NCBI GenBank assembly: GCA_017625935.1
Contig: JAGALA010000032.1
Location: 16,744-80,743 of the forward strand
From: Clostridia bacterium
GTDB lineage: Bacteria > Bacillota > Clostridia > Oscillospirales > CAG-272
Direction: 5' to 3'
DNA length: 64,000 nt
In this document: positions 1 through 9,267 of the stretch, piece by piece
How the letters are laid out: each line of letters starts with the position of its first letter
Position numbering within the stretch: the stretch's first letter is position 1
Notes under the pieces: model-generated
Database searches by the model: none
The model's input: only the letters and a program-made list of their open reading frames with translations
What the model was told of the DNA's origin: nothing
Program-made: the position numbers and the translations under genes

Positions 1-1
1 C

Positions 2-544
2 GCGATGGAGGAATTAACTAATATCGGCGCTGACACGTTTATACGTATCGGCACGTGCGGCGGCATTAACCTTGACGTGCTTCCAGGTGATATCGTGGTT
101 GCAACGGGCGCTATCCGCTACGAGCACACCTCTCTTGAATACGCACCTATTGAATTTCCGAGCGTGCCGAGCTTTGACGTTACTCTTGCACTGAAAAACG
201 CAGGCGAAGCACTTGGCTATCGCACACACACGGGTGTTGTACAATGTAAGGACTCCTTCTACGGTCAGCACTCACCCGAAAAATCCCCTGTTCACTACGA
301 GCTTTTACAAAAATGGGAAAGCTGGAAGCGCTTGGGCGTTTTGGCGAGTGAAATGGAATCCGCCGCGCTTTTTGTTGTTGCCGCCGCACTTGGTGTGCGC
401 TGTGGCAGCTGCTTCCACGCGGTTTGGAACCAGGAGCGCGAAAAGCTCGGTATGGCTATGCCAATGACTGAGGACACCTCGGGCGCAATTAAGGTTGGAA
501 TCGAGGCAATGAAGGAGCTTATTAAAGCCGATTTGAAAAAGTAA
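2..544 (+). CDS. udp: uridine phosphorylase, C-terminal ~180 aa (5' end lies outside the window)
   Basis: The ORF is open to the window edge. PNP/UDP-family motifs IRIGTCGG and [10 protein letters not shown] align with E. coli Udp. A hairpin terminator follows the stop. Confidence 0.8.
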   Translation, partial: AMEELTNIGADTFIRIGTCGGINLDVLPGDIVVATGAIRYEHTSLEYAPIEFPSVPSFDVTLALKNAGEALGYRTHTGVVQCKDSFYGQHSPEKSPVHYELLQKWESWKRLGVLASEMESAALFVVAAALGVRCGSCFHAVWNQEREKLGMAMPMTEDTSGAIKVGIEAMKELIKADLKK

Positions 545-550
545 GTTTTT

Positions 551-582
551 GGGGTGGCACAACGCCACCCCCCCTATTTTTT
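551..582 (+). terminator. Rho-independent terminator after udp
   Basis: Stem GGGGTGGC (551-558) / GCCACCCC (564-571) with a 5-nt loop, followed by a T-run at 576-582. Confidence 0.6.
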
Positions 583-616
583 ATATTTACAGAGAACGGT
601 TAATTTTAGAATTTTT

Positions 617-1471
617 TTAGAAAAGCCTTCTATATGCAAGAGGCGAATAGCCAAGGCTCTCCTTAAAAACTCGTATAAAAAAGTTAGCATCCTTGTAGCC
701 GCACATATTTGCGATTTCGTTAATTTGCATTTGACTGTTTGAAAGAAGCTCGCAAGCATATTGCATTCGCAGCTTTATAATATACTTTGTCGGCGGCATT
801 CCCATTATCCTTTTGAAATGCTTGTTGTAAAGCGTAACACACATATTCTCCATTTTTGCAAGTGTGGCGATTTTTATGCTTGTTGTATAAAATTCGTTAA
901 TATACCTTATGGATTTAGACAGTGTTGATTTATCAAACTCCTCGTTTTCAATAGCTCTTGCTACTTCTATCAAAATTCCGTCAAGATAGCTTGCTAAATC
1001 TTTAGTTTTAAATCTGTCCTTTTTGGAAAATCCGTCAAAAAGCCTGTGGAAGCGCTTCGGTATTTCGTTGCTTATAGATGTTTTGTTAACCTTAGGAAAT
1101 AATTCTATTTTATATTCGTTTAGTATGCTTTCAACCTCAGCTCCTGTAAAATGCACGCAATAAAAATAAATATGCTCACCCGTGCATTGAAATTTCCAAG
1201 GCGTGTTAGGCGGAATTACAATTACCTCGCCGGGCCTTACTAAAACATTATCACTTGTGATAATATCCTTTAGTTGTCCTGAAACCAAATATATTAAATA
1301 ATAATCAAGCCTACCGTGGTCGTTTTTGTTAATATGCTGCTGTATAGTATTTACGCAAGCACCACAGTTTACAAACAATGGCAGCTCCTTATTAATATTG
1401 CTGCCAAAGCTTGTACTGATAACTCCCTCGGGAATAACAACATTGTCTAAATAAAATCTTCGATCTTCCAT
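617..1471 (-). CDS. AraC-family transcriptional regulator (cupin-like sensor plus double HTH)
   Basis: 284 aa. The C-terminus (NEIANMCGYKDANFFIRVFKESLGYSPLAYRR) is a typical AraC HTH. The gene is divergent from the LRR surface-protein gene. Confidence 0.85.
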   Translation of the reverse strand: MEDRRFYLDNVVIPEGVISTSFGSNINKELPLFVNCGACVNTIQQHINKNDHGRLDYYLIYLVSGQLKDIITSDNVLVRPGEVIVIPPNTPWKFQCTGEHIYFYCVHFTGAEVESILNEYKIELFPKVNKTSISNEIPKRFHRLFDGFSKKDRFKTKDLASYLDGILIEVARAIENEEFDKSTLSKSIRYINEFYTTSIKIATLAKMENMCVTLYNKHFKRIMGMPPTKYIIKLRMQYACELLSNSQMQINEIANMCGYKDANFFIRVFKESLGYSPLAYRRLF

Positions 1472-1588
1472 AAAGTCTCCCGTGTTAAATAATGCTATTT
1501 TTATATTGAATAATCTCTTGAACCATTATTAAAATTATGATAGCATAAAAGTGACAAAATGTCAAATAATTTTATTTTGGAGGACACT

Positions 1589-3145
1589 ATGAAAAAAATA
1601 TTGACTATTGTTTTTGCAATTTTGAGTATGTGCTGCTTGTTTTCGATCGCAGCCTCAGCGGTAGAGATTGACGGTGTTGATTATACCTTGACCGAAAGCG
1701 ATTCGGGAAATACCGCGGCAGTTTCAATCGCAAACAAAAAAATGCAAACAAAGGATGTAGTTATTCCGCAAACAGTTACTTATGAGGATAAGACCTATAC
1801 TGTAACAACAATTGTGCGACAAGCGTTTGAAGCTAACACCAGCATTGAAACACTTGTTATCGAAGCGAATTTAGGTGCAACAGGATTAAAGGGCTATGCT
1901 TTCAGCCAATGCTCAAACTTAAAGCAGGTTACCTTGCCAAGCAGCTTAACTGTAATTCCGGAAAGGTGCTTTAAACAATGTACGTCTCTTACAGAGTTTA
2001 CATTACCGAGCAATCTGCAAGAATTAGGTAGCTGTGCTTTTTGGAAATGCACAGGACTTACAAGTATTGATATTCCCGCATCTGTAACCGAAATCTCTGA
2101 TAAGGTGTTTGAAGAATGCACAGGCTTAAAATCAGTTAAAAGCGCATCACCTGTTATAGGCGAGAGAATGTTCTATAACTGTAAAGCGGTTGAAACCGCA
2201 AGCTTTACAAACACAGTCAGCATTGGAAAATATGCATTCCATTATTTTGGTGTAAAAAACGGTAATGGTGTTGTAGTATTACCCGATACCTTGACAACTG
2301 TTCAGTCAAATGCTTTTGAATTCTGCTATTTTAACACAGTTATTCTTCCTAAATCTATAACAAATGTTGCAGAAAACGGCTTCATTTATTTGAAAAATTA
2401 TTGTAAGACAATCAAATTTACAGGCACCGAGGAGCAGGCAAACGCACTGTTTTCGAGCTATGGAATTTCATATGAGTTAGTTAACCACTGCGAAATCTAT
2501 TACAACGGTATCCATGAAGATGACAACAATCCATGCATAATAAATTGTACTCGTTGCAATATATTGGGAGTTGCAGAAGAAAAACCTGTTCATAATCTCT
2601 CAGTAGCTATTGAATATGTAAGCTTTGACACAGCAGGCACAAAAACAGTTCGCTGCACAAACGCGGGCTGCACACACGTAGAAGCAACGGAAGCACCCGC
2701 ACTCTTTGAAAACAAGGGCTACTCTGCGGCTGAATACGCAGGCGGCGGTATGTCAGTAGGCTTTAAGGTAAACAAGGCGGCAATTACAGAGTACGAGGAG
2801 GCGACAGGAAAGACCGTTAGCTACGGCGTGTTCGCGGTTTTGGCAGAGAAAATTGGAGCAAACGATATATTTGATTCCGAGGGCAAAGCCCTTGACGGCG
2901 TTATTGCCGCAGATATCACGGATACAGATTTTGATATTTTCAACCTTAAAATAGTAGGCTTTACGGGAGAACAGGTTGACAAGGATCTTGTAATGGGCGC
3001 GTACGTTGAAGTAAGTAAGGACGGCACGACCGAGTATGCATATTTACAGGACGCAACCCCCGAAAAGAATGAAAAATACTACTTTGCTTCTTATAATGAC
3101 GTAAAGGACATTCTTGATAACAAAAGCGCAGCAAGCGCACAATGA
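1589..3145 (+). CDS. secreted BspA-type leucine-rich-repeat protein with a C-terminal ~120-aa shared module
   Basis: ATG at 1589 is preceded by GGAGGA (1579-1584). Signal peptide MKKILTIVFAILSMCCLFSIAASA. Repeated (F)xxCxxLxx(V/I)xLP units of the LRR_5/BspA type. The longer 1559 start lacks an RBS. Confidence 0.75.
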   Translation: MKKILTIVFAILSMCCLFSIAASAVEIDGVDYTLTESDSGNTAAVSIANKKMQTKDVVIPQTVTYEDKTYTVTTIVRQAFEANTSIETLVIEANLGATGLKGYAFSQCSNLKQVTLPSSLTVIPERCFKQCTSLTEFTLPSNLQELGSCAFWKCTGLTSIDIPASVTEISDKVFEECTGLKSVKSASPVIGERMFYNCKAVETASFTNTVSIGKYAFHYFGVKNGNGVVVLPDTLTTVQSNAFEFCYFNTVILPKSITNVAENGFIYLKNYCKTIKFTGTEEQANALFSSYGISYELVNHCEIYYNGIHEDDNNPCIINCTRCNILGVAEEKPVHNLSVAIEYVSFDTAGTKTVRCTNAGCTHVEATEAPALFENKGYSAAEYAGGGMSVGFKVNKAAITEYEEATGKTVSYGVFAVLAEKIGANDIFDSEGKALDGVIAADITDTDFDIFNLKIVGFTGEQVDKDLVMGAYVEVSKDGTTEYAYLQDATPEKNEKYYFASYNDVKDILDNKSAASAQ

Positions 3146-3185
3146 AATATATAAGATTTAATCACACGAAGTAAAAGGAATTTGT

Positions 3186-5600
3186 ATGAAAATAAAACTT
3201 TTAATTACTGCTCTGTTCACATCCTTGCTGATTTGCTTTTTTGCGTTTTCGGCAAGCGCGGCTTGCTCAGATGAGCATAGCTACGAATATCACGTAGAGC
3301 TTAGTGAAGAGGGCTTTTTGGGTGAGATTACACTAAACGGTGTTTGCACTGCACCAAGGTGCTACTCAAAAACGACAGAAAAGATAAGTCCTATATTCAT
3401 TTATCGCGGTCATTCACACAATGAAAACAGCTACACTCAAGGTTATATCGTAAATCGCGAGTCACTTGCAGAATACGAGAAATTTTCGGGCGATAGCTTG
3501 GAGTTCGGCGCTGTTACGGCTACTGTCAGTGTTATAGGGGAGGGTAATCCTCTTGACAATGATGGAAATCCCGTTTCTGAAAAGGTAATGAGATGCGATT
3601 TTACAAATACAGATTATACATTTATCGATGTATGCGTAAAGGGGATCCCCGAGGATTTAAAAAATGAGGAATTTATTTGCTCTCTTTATGTTAAATCACG
3701 AGGAAGCATTACATACCTTGACAACGCAGTTGAAAAAACAAGCCGCGGAGCAAGATCATATAATGATGTTGAATCGGGCATACAAAAGGAAGAGCCATCA
3801 CGTAAGGAGCATACCGTAATTGACGGCGTAAGCTACCGTCAGCTTGAAATGTCCTTTGCTAAGGGTGCTTATTGGTCAAGTGGCGCACTTTCAGCAAGCG
3901 GTGCGGACCTAAATAAGAAATTCTGGGCTGCTGCCGTTCCGCTTTCCCAAAAGGAGCTTCCCGTTGGCTCAATAATTATTCTTGATTGCGAAAATTATTG
4001 GCAATACAGAATTGATAAGGATGCAACGCGCGGAACAAATACAAAGCAATCAGTTCTCAAAATAGATGAGGATTGGTGGGGTACTGCAAAAACAGCATCC
4101 TTTACTCTTTCAATGCACAAAACTGAAAATACAACAAGCAGTCCAAGCGTTGACCTTTCAGGCCTCACAGATGCAGATTTGAAAAATGCACTTAAAATTT
4201 ATGTTCCTGTAACTGAAACAGTTAGTGAGGAAAAGACCTACACAAAGCAGGATTGGGACGATGACGGCGCATTAAAGGTGCTTTTAATCGGTAATAGCTT
4301 TTCACAGGACACCTGCTATCTTTCATTCCAAGCAGCAAAGTCTATGGGAATTGAGGACGTTAAAATTGCTAACCTTTATATAGGTGCGGGAAGCATAAGC
4401 GATCATATATATAGACATAAGCAGGGTGCAACTGCTTCCTTCCAGCAAAGCACATCAAAAGGCGGTTGGTCAAGTACCAATGCAACGCTTGAGACTGCTG
4501 TAAAGAGTGAAAATTGGGACTTTATCGTGCTTCAGCAGGTTAGCTCACTTAGTGGTGAGGCTTACTCATTTGAATCTGTAAATACGCTTGTTGATATTAT
4601 CGAGCCTATGTGTCCATCAGCGCGCTTAGCTTGGAATATGACCTGGGCATACCAAAGCACCTTTGATGATGCACGCTTTGACCGCTACGACAGAGACCAG
4701 GCAAAAATGTATCAAGCGATTATTTCAGCAACACAGTCAAAAATCGTAACAAACGACAGAATTGAAATTATTGTTCCAACCGGTACGGTAATTCAAAACG
4801 TAAGAAGCTCTTATATCGGTGATACTCTTACACGCGATGGCTACCACCTAAACGAATCACTTGGCAGACAAATTGCCTCTCTTGCTTTGGTGCATACCTT
4901 GACGGGTGTATCAATCGACGGTGTAAATACTACAAATTACAATAAAATCACAGATGAAAATGCTCTATTGGTGGCGATTGAAGCAATTAAAAATGCAACC
5001 AAAGCTCCTTTTGAGGTAAGCGAGTCACAATATAAGGACGAGAGTGAGGCTGTTCCTCCTGAAAACCCTGATATTAACGAGGGTGGCGACAACACAGGCG
5101 GCAGTACAGGTGGTGACAACACGGGCGGCAGTACAGGTGGTGACAACACAGGAAACGAGGGAGCTGACACTCCAAGCACAGAAATCTCCGGCTACACGCA
5201 GCTTACCGTAAGTGAAATGGAGGTAACAAGGGGTCAGTATTACAATTCAAACAACGGTACCATTTCAAAAGGAACTAATGTTTGCTATCCCGGCTACTAT
5301 ACAATAAAGAAGTTTACAAAGGAAACCTTGCCTGTCGGCTCCAAGATTTTCTTGGCAGCGGGATGGCAATACCGTTTAATTGTAAAGGACGAAAACGGTA
5401 AATATTCAAACAGCTATGTTAAGACAACTGAGGATAAGTACGTGGAAATCACCGAGGAATGGTGGAGCGGCCGTAATGAAATTTGCTTTACCGTTTCTGC
5501 AAAGGATCACGCATATGGCAAGGTGCCAACAACCGACTTGACAGCTGAAGAGGTTGGCACAAGCAAGTTTATTATCTACATTCCGATATTCAGCAATTAA
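3186..5600 (+). CDS. secreted DUF4886 (SGNH-hydrolase-like) domain protein
   Basis: 804 aa with a signal peptide ending FSASA. The central segment KVLLIGNSFSQDTCYLSFQAAKSMGIEDVKIANLYIGAGSISDH matches the DUF4886 signature. That domain is flanked by two copies of an ELPVGS...WQYR...E(D/E)WW(G/S) module. Confidence 0.65.
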   Translation: MKIKLLITALFTSLLICFFAFSASAACSDEHSYEYHVELSEEGFLGEITLNGVCTAPRCYSKTTEKISPIFIYRGHSHNENSYTQGYIVNRESLAEYEKFSGDSLEFGAVTATVSVIGEGNPLDNDGNPVSEKVMRCDFTNTDYTFIDVCVKGIPEDLKNEEFICSLYVKSRGSITYLDNAVEKTSRGARSYNDVESGIQKEEPSRKEHTVIDGVSYRQLEMSFAKGAYWSSGALSASGADLNKKFWAAAVPLSQKELPVGSIIILDCENYWQYRIDKDATRGTNTKQSVLKIDEDWWGTAKTASFTLSMHKTENTTSSPSVDLSGLTDADLKNALKIYVPVTETVSEEKTYTKQDWDDDGALKVLLIGNSFSQDTCYLSFQAAKSMGIEDVKIANLYIGAGSISDHIYRHKQGATASFQQSTSKGGWSSTNATLETAVKSENWDFIVLQQVSSLSGEAYSFESVNTLVDIIEPMCPSARLAWNMTWAYQSTFDDARFDRYDRDQAKMYQAIISATQSKIVTNDRIEIIVPTGTVIQNVRSSYIGDTLTRDGYHLNESLGRQIASLALVHTLTGVSIDGVNTTNYNKITDENALLVAIEAIKNATKAPFEVSESQYKDESEAVPPENPDINEGGDNTGGSTGGDNTGGSTGGDNTGNEGADTPSTEISGYTQLTVSEMEVTRGQYYNSNNGTISKGTNVCYPGYYTIKKFTKETLPVGSKIFLAAGWQYRLIVKDENGKYSNSYVKTTEDKYVEITEEWWSGRNEICFTVSAKDHAYGKVPTTDLTAEEVGTSKFIIYIPIFSN
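5082..5153 (+). repeat. in-frame 27-nt tandem repeat (2.7 copies) encoding a GGDNTGGST linker
   Basis: ggtggcgacaacacaggcggcagtaca (5082-5108), ggtggtgacaacacgggcggcagtaca (5109-5135), and a partial third copy at 5136-5153. Confidence 0.9.
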
Positions 5601-5610
5601 GGAGGTTAAA

Positions 5611-5787
5611 ATGAAAAAATATATTAAGCCAAGTATTGAGCTTGAAATGCTCGAAACCAAGGATATAATGACTACCTCCGGCATTGTTGACAACGGTCAA
5701 AGCTCTTATGAGGATGAAAACGGCAATATCATTTCCGGTCAAAAGGGCACATTTTCCAGCTGGTTTGAAAGCATTTTCAAATCATAA
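5611..5787 (+). CDS. small acidic peptide P1 (58 aa), member of a 3-copy family in this window
   Basis: AGGAGG lies 6 nt upstream of the ATG, which starts 11 nt after the stop of the 804-aa gene. The N-terminus MKKYIKPSIELEMLETKDIMTTSG is paralogous to the peptides at 27959-28108 and 31931-32092. A terminator follows. Confidence 0.55.
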   Translation: MKKYIKPSIELEMLETKDIMTTSGIVDNGQSSYEDENGNIISGQKGTFSSWFESIFKS

Positions 5788-5879
5788 AGAAAAAATGCAA
5801 ATAGGGGCTAAGCCAAAGCCCTTATTCGTAAACTAAAGCTTATTACATTTGCTTTGGGAAACACCATACAAGCAGAGAA

Positions 5880-5927
5880 AGAGCAAACACGCAAGACGAG
5901 AATCTTGTATGTCTGCTCTTTTTTCTT
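5880..5927 (+). terminator. Rho-independent terminator after peptide P1
   Basis: AGAGCAAACA (5880-5889) pairs with TGTCTGCTCT (5909-5918) with 1 mismatch. There is an inner CAAGA/TCTTG stem, then TTTTTTC. Confidence 0.6.
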
Positions 5928-6051
5928 TTAGCAATGTTTTTGCTGACGCAAAAGTGATGTAATGCTTGACATTGTGTCGATAACACAACATCATTCACAC
6001 AGTGAGCATCACGCTATTAGGCCCCTTTTTCACTATTTTCGATGTGCATTT

Positions 6052-6080
6052 TTGCAAATTCTCTTTATTTTTCTTATAAT
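6052..6080 (+). promoter_or_regulatory. sigma-A-type promoter of the tdk-deo cluster
   Basis: TTGCAA (6052-6057), a 17-nt spacer, then TATAAT (6075-6080), about 45 nt upstream of the tdk ATG. Confidence 0.5.
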
Positions 6081-6124
6081 ATATGCTATAATATATTAGA
6101 TACATAAAGAAACGGAGTTTTTAT

Positions 6125-6715
6125 ATGGCTAAATTATATTTTAAATATGGCGCTATGGGCTCGTGCAAGACGGCGCAGGCACTGACAACAAAGTTTAATT
6201 ACGAGGAGCGCGGAATGAAAGTTTGGCTAATCAAGCCGGCTATCGACACGCGTGACGGAGAGAGCGTTGTTAAATCTCGCATTGGTCTTTACGCACCCTG
6301 TGAGCCTATCGATAAGACATCTGATTTATATGAATTGTTCAAGAGCGAGCATGGTGATGCGGACGTAATAATTGCCGACGAATGTCAGTTCTTTACCGAG
6401 GAGCAAATTGACCAGCTAAGACATATTGTTGACGAATGCGAGCTGCCTGTTCTCTGCTTTGGCTTGCGCACGGACTTTTTGTGCCACTTATTCCCGGGAA
6501 GCAAGCGTCTTTTTGAAATTGCCGACTCAATTTCCGAAATCAAAACCATTTGCGCGTGCGGCTCTAAGGCGACGGTCAATGCACGCCTTGACGGTAATAT
6601 GAACGTAGTTACCGAGGGCGCACAGGTTATGATTGGCGGAAATGAAACATACATCGCTATGTGCCACCGCTGCTGGCACGAAAAAATCCAAAAACAGAAG
6701 AACAAGGAGAATTAA
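6125..6715 (+). CDS. tdk: thymidine kinase
   Basis: 196 aa. P-loop [14 protein letters not shown], and a C-terminal Zn ribbon CxCG...CxxC typical of type II TK. Confidence 0.9.
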   Translation: MAKLYFKYGAMGSCKTAQALTTKFNYEERGMKVWLIKPAIDTRDGESVVKSRIGLYAPCEPIDKTSDLYELFKSEHGDADVIIADECQFFTEEQIDQLRHIVDECELPVLCFGLRTDFLCHLFPGSKRLFEIADSISEIKTICACGSKATVNARLDGNMNVVTEGAQVMIGGNETYIAMCHRCWHEKIQKQKNKEN

Positions 6716-6716
6716 A

Positions 6717-7385
6717 ATGAACATTAAGGACATTCTTTCAAAATGCGACCACACGTTACTCGCGCAGGGTGCAACCTGGGCGGACATCAAATCTGTTTGC
6801 GACGATGGAATTAAATATCAAACCGCATCCGTTTGTATTCCCGCATCACACGTAAAAAGAGCCAAGGAATACGTTGGGGATAAGCTCCAAATTTGCACGG
6901 TAATCGGATTTCCAAACGGCTACTCCACCACAGCTGTTAAGGTTTTTGAGTGCAAGGACGCGCTTGCAAACGGCGCTGACGAGATTGACACGGTTATCAA
7001 CATCGGCGACTTAAAGGCAGGCTTATACGACGAGATTTTATACGAGCTTAAGAGCTTAAAGGAAGCGTGCGGCGAGAAAATTCTCAAGGTTATTATCGAG
7101 ACCTGCTTATTAACCGACGAGGAAAAAATCAAAATGTGCGAGATAGTTACCGCCTCGGGCGCTGACTTTATCAAGACCTCTACAGGCTTTTCAACCGCGG
7201 GCGCGACAAAGGAGGATGTAGCTCTCTTTGCAAAGCATATCGGTAAGGGTGTGCAGATTAAGGCGGCGGGCGGCATTTCCTCACTTAAGGACGCTGAGGA
7301 CTTTATAAACCTCGGTGCTACTCGCTTGGGTACAAGCCGTATAGTAAAAATTGCAAAAAATGAAGAAAGCAACGCAAGCTACTAA
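6717..7385 (+). CDS. deoC: deoxyribose-phosphate aldolase
   Basis: ATG at 6717 follows the tdk stop by 1 nt, with RBS AAGGAGA. Motifs CDHTLL, VCIP and FIKTSTGF (Schiff-base Lys) are present. The upstream extension to 6633 overlaps tdk and was rejected. Confidence 0.9.
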   Translation: MNIKDILSKCDHTLLAQGATWADIKSVCDDGIKYQTASVCIPASHVKRAKEYVGDKLQICTVIGFPNGYSTTAVKVFECKDALANGADEIDTVINIGDLKAGLYDEILYELKSLKEACGEKILKVIIETCLLTDEEKIKMCEIVTASGADFIKTSTGFSTAGATKEDVALFAKHIGKGVQIKAAGGISSLKDAEDFINLGATRLGTSRIVKIAKNEESNASY

Positions 7386-7408
7386 GGCATGCGATTAAGG
7401 AGAAAATT

Positions 7409-8137
7409 ATGAAGGATCAACATACACCGCATATTAAGGCAACAAGCGCTGATTTTGCAAAGACCGTGCTTATGCCGGGAGACCCTCTGCGCTCCAAATT
7501 TATCGCAGAAACATTTTTAGAAAATCCAAGGCTTATTAACAACGTGCGCGGTATTCAAGGCTACACGGGTACATACAAGGGTGTTCCCGTTACCGTTATG
7601 GCAAGCGGAATGGGTATGCCGTCAATCGGCATTTATTCCTATGAGCTTTACAACTTCTTTGGCGTTGAAAACATTATTCGCGTTGGCTCGGCAGGCGGTC
7701 TTAGCGACGACGTGCAGCTGCGTGACGTTATCATTGGAATGGGTGCTTGCACAAACTCAAATTACCAAAGCCAATTTAATTTAAACGGAAATTACGCGCC
7801 TATTGCAAGCTACGAGCTGCTTGAGCGCGCTGTCGAGGAAGCAAAGAACATTGGTGTGCGCTACAAGGTAGGCAACATTTTGTCCTCAGATATCTTCTAC
7901 CACGCCGACCCTAACTTTAACCAAGGCTGGTACAAGATGGGCGTGCTCGGTGTTGAAATGGAGGCGGCATCACTCTATATGAATGCGGCGGCGGCAGGCA
8001 AGCGCGCGCTTGCGATTTGCACGGTTTCCGACCATATTCTGCGCGGTGAGGCACTTGATGCTGACGCGCGTCAAACAACATTTACAGATATGATGAAAAT
8101 CGCGCTTAACGTTGCGGTTTCAATGGAAAAAATATGA
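7409..8137 (+). CDS. deoD: purine nucleoside phosphorylase, DeoD type
   Basis: 242 aa. LMPGDPLR, VMASGMGMPS and VEMEAASLY match hexameric PNP. Confidence 0.9.
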   Translation: MKDQHTPHIKATSADFAKTVLMPGDPLRSKFIAETFLENPRLINNVRGIQGYTGTYKGVPVTVMASGMGMPSIGIYSYELYNFFGVENIIRVGSAGGLSDDVQLRDVIIGMGACTNSNYQSQFNLNGNYAPIASYELLERAVEEAKNIGVRYKVGNILSSDIFYHADPNFNQGWYKMGVLGVEMEAASLYMNAAAAGKRALAICTVSDHILRGEALDADARQTTFTDMMKIALNVAVSMEKI

Positions 8138-9255
8138 CACGCCGCGTATTTTTAATTGTGCTTGACTCCTTTGGCATAGGTGCTGCGCCCGATGCCGCCG
8201 CATTTGGTGACAGCGGTGCTAACACGCTAAGAGGAGTTAACGGCACAGGGATTTTGTCACTTTCCAATATGGCATCATTAGGTCTTGGCTGTATTGACGG
8301 CGTAAGTGATATAGAAAAGACAGAAAATCCGCTTGCAAAGCACGCGCGCTTACAGGAGCGCAGTATGGGCAAGGACACAACCACAGGTCACTGGGAAATG
8401 GGCGGAATTATTTCAAGCGCGCCAATGCCGACGTTTCCAAACGGCTTCCCGCGTGAGCTGCTTGACAAATTTGAGGCGGCGGTTGGACGCGGCACGCTTT
8501 GCAACCTTCCCTACTCCGGCACGGACGTTATCCGCGACTACGGGGAGGAGCATATAAAGACGGGCAAGCTAATTGTTTATACCTCTGCTGACAGCGTTTT
8601 TCAAATTGCCGCACATGAGGAAATTGTTCCCGTTGACGAGCTATATGAAATTTGCCGCACGGCACGCAAGATGCTTGTGGGCGAATATGGCGTTGGGCGC
8701 GTTATTGCGCGTCCGTTTGTAGGACAGGCGCCTGATTTTAAGAGAACCGAAAACCGCCGTGACTTTTCCTTGGTGCCGCCGAGCGATACTATGTTAAATA
8801 AGCTTTCAAGGGAAGGCTTTGACGTAATCGGCGTTGGTAAAATCGGCGATATTTTTGCAATGTCTGGGCTTACCGAGACTTACCCAACTCACAACAACGG
8901 CGAGGGAATGGAAAAGACAAGCGAGCTGATTTCAAGGGATTTTGGCGGTCTTTGCTTTGTTAATTTGGTTGATTTCGATATGAAATACGGTCACCGTCAG
9001 GACGCAAACGGCTACGCCACGGCACTAAACGAGTTTGACAAATGGCTTGGTGAGACGTTGCCGAAGCTACGCGAGGATGATGTTTTGATTATCACCGCAG
9101 ACCACGGCTGTGACCCGACGGACAACAGCACCGACCATACAAGAGAGTACGTTCCGTTTTTGATGTACGGGGCTGAAATTGAGCCCGAAAACCTTGGCAC
9201 TATTCTCGGCTTTGACTATATTGCCAAAACCGTGTATAAGCTGCTTAACGCTTAA
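8134..9255 (+). CDS. deoB: phosphopentomutase
   Basis: 373 aa. N-terminal VLDSFGIG and C-terminal ITADHGCDPT metal-site motifs. ATGA overlap with deoD. Confidence 0.9.
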   Translation: MTRRVFLIVLDSFGIGAAPDAAAFGDSGANTLRGVNGTGILSLSNMASLGLGCIDGVSDIEKTENPLAKHARLQERSMGKDTTTGHWEMGGIISSAPMPTFPNGFPRELLDKFEAAVGRGTLCNLPYSGTDVIRDYGEEHIKTGKLIVYTSADSVFQIAAHEEIVPVDELYEICRTARKMLVGEYGVGRVIARPFVGQAPDFKRTENRRDFSLVPPSDTMLNKLSREGFDVIGVGKIGDIFAMSGLTETYPTHNNGEGMEKTSELISRDFGGLCFVNLVDFDMKYGHRQDANGYATALNEFDKWLGETLPKLREDDVLIITADHGCDPTDNSTDHTREYVPFLMYGAEIEPENLGTILGFDYIAKTVYKLLNA

Positions 9256-9267
9256 ACGAGGTATTTT

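Noticed and set aside
5611-5787. Calling P1, P2 and P3 lasso-peptide (paeninodin-like) precursors.
   Set aside because: The N-terminal YxxPx-hydrophobic block resembles lasso leaders. However, the window holds no lasso cyclase (Asn-synthetase-like), no transglutaminase-like protease and no PqqD/RRE gene. A Thr is available near the would-be cleavage site only in P1 (TTSG); P2 (ASG) and P3 (SASG) have none. No consistent Asp/Glu falls at core position 7-9. I kept this as a leader-like resemblance only.
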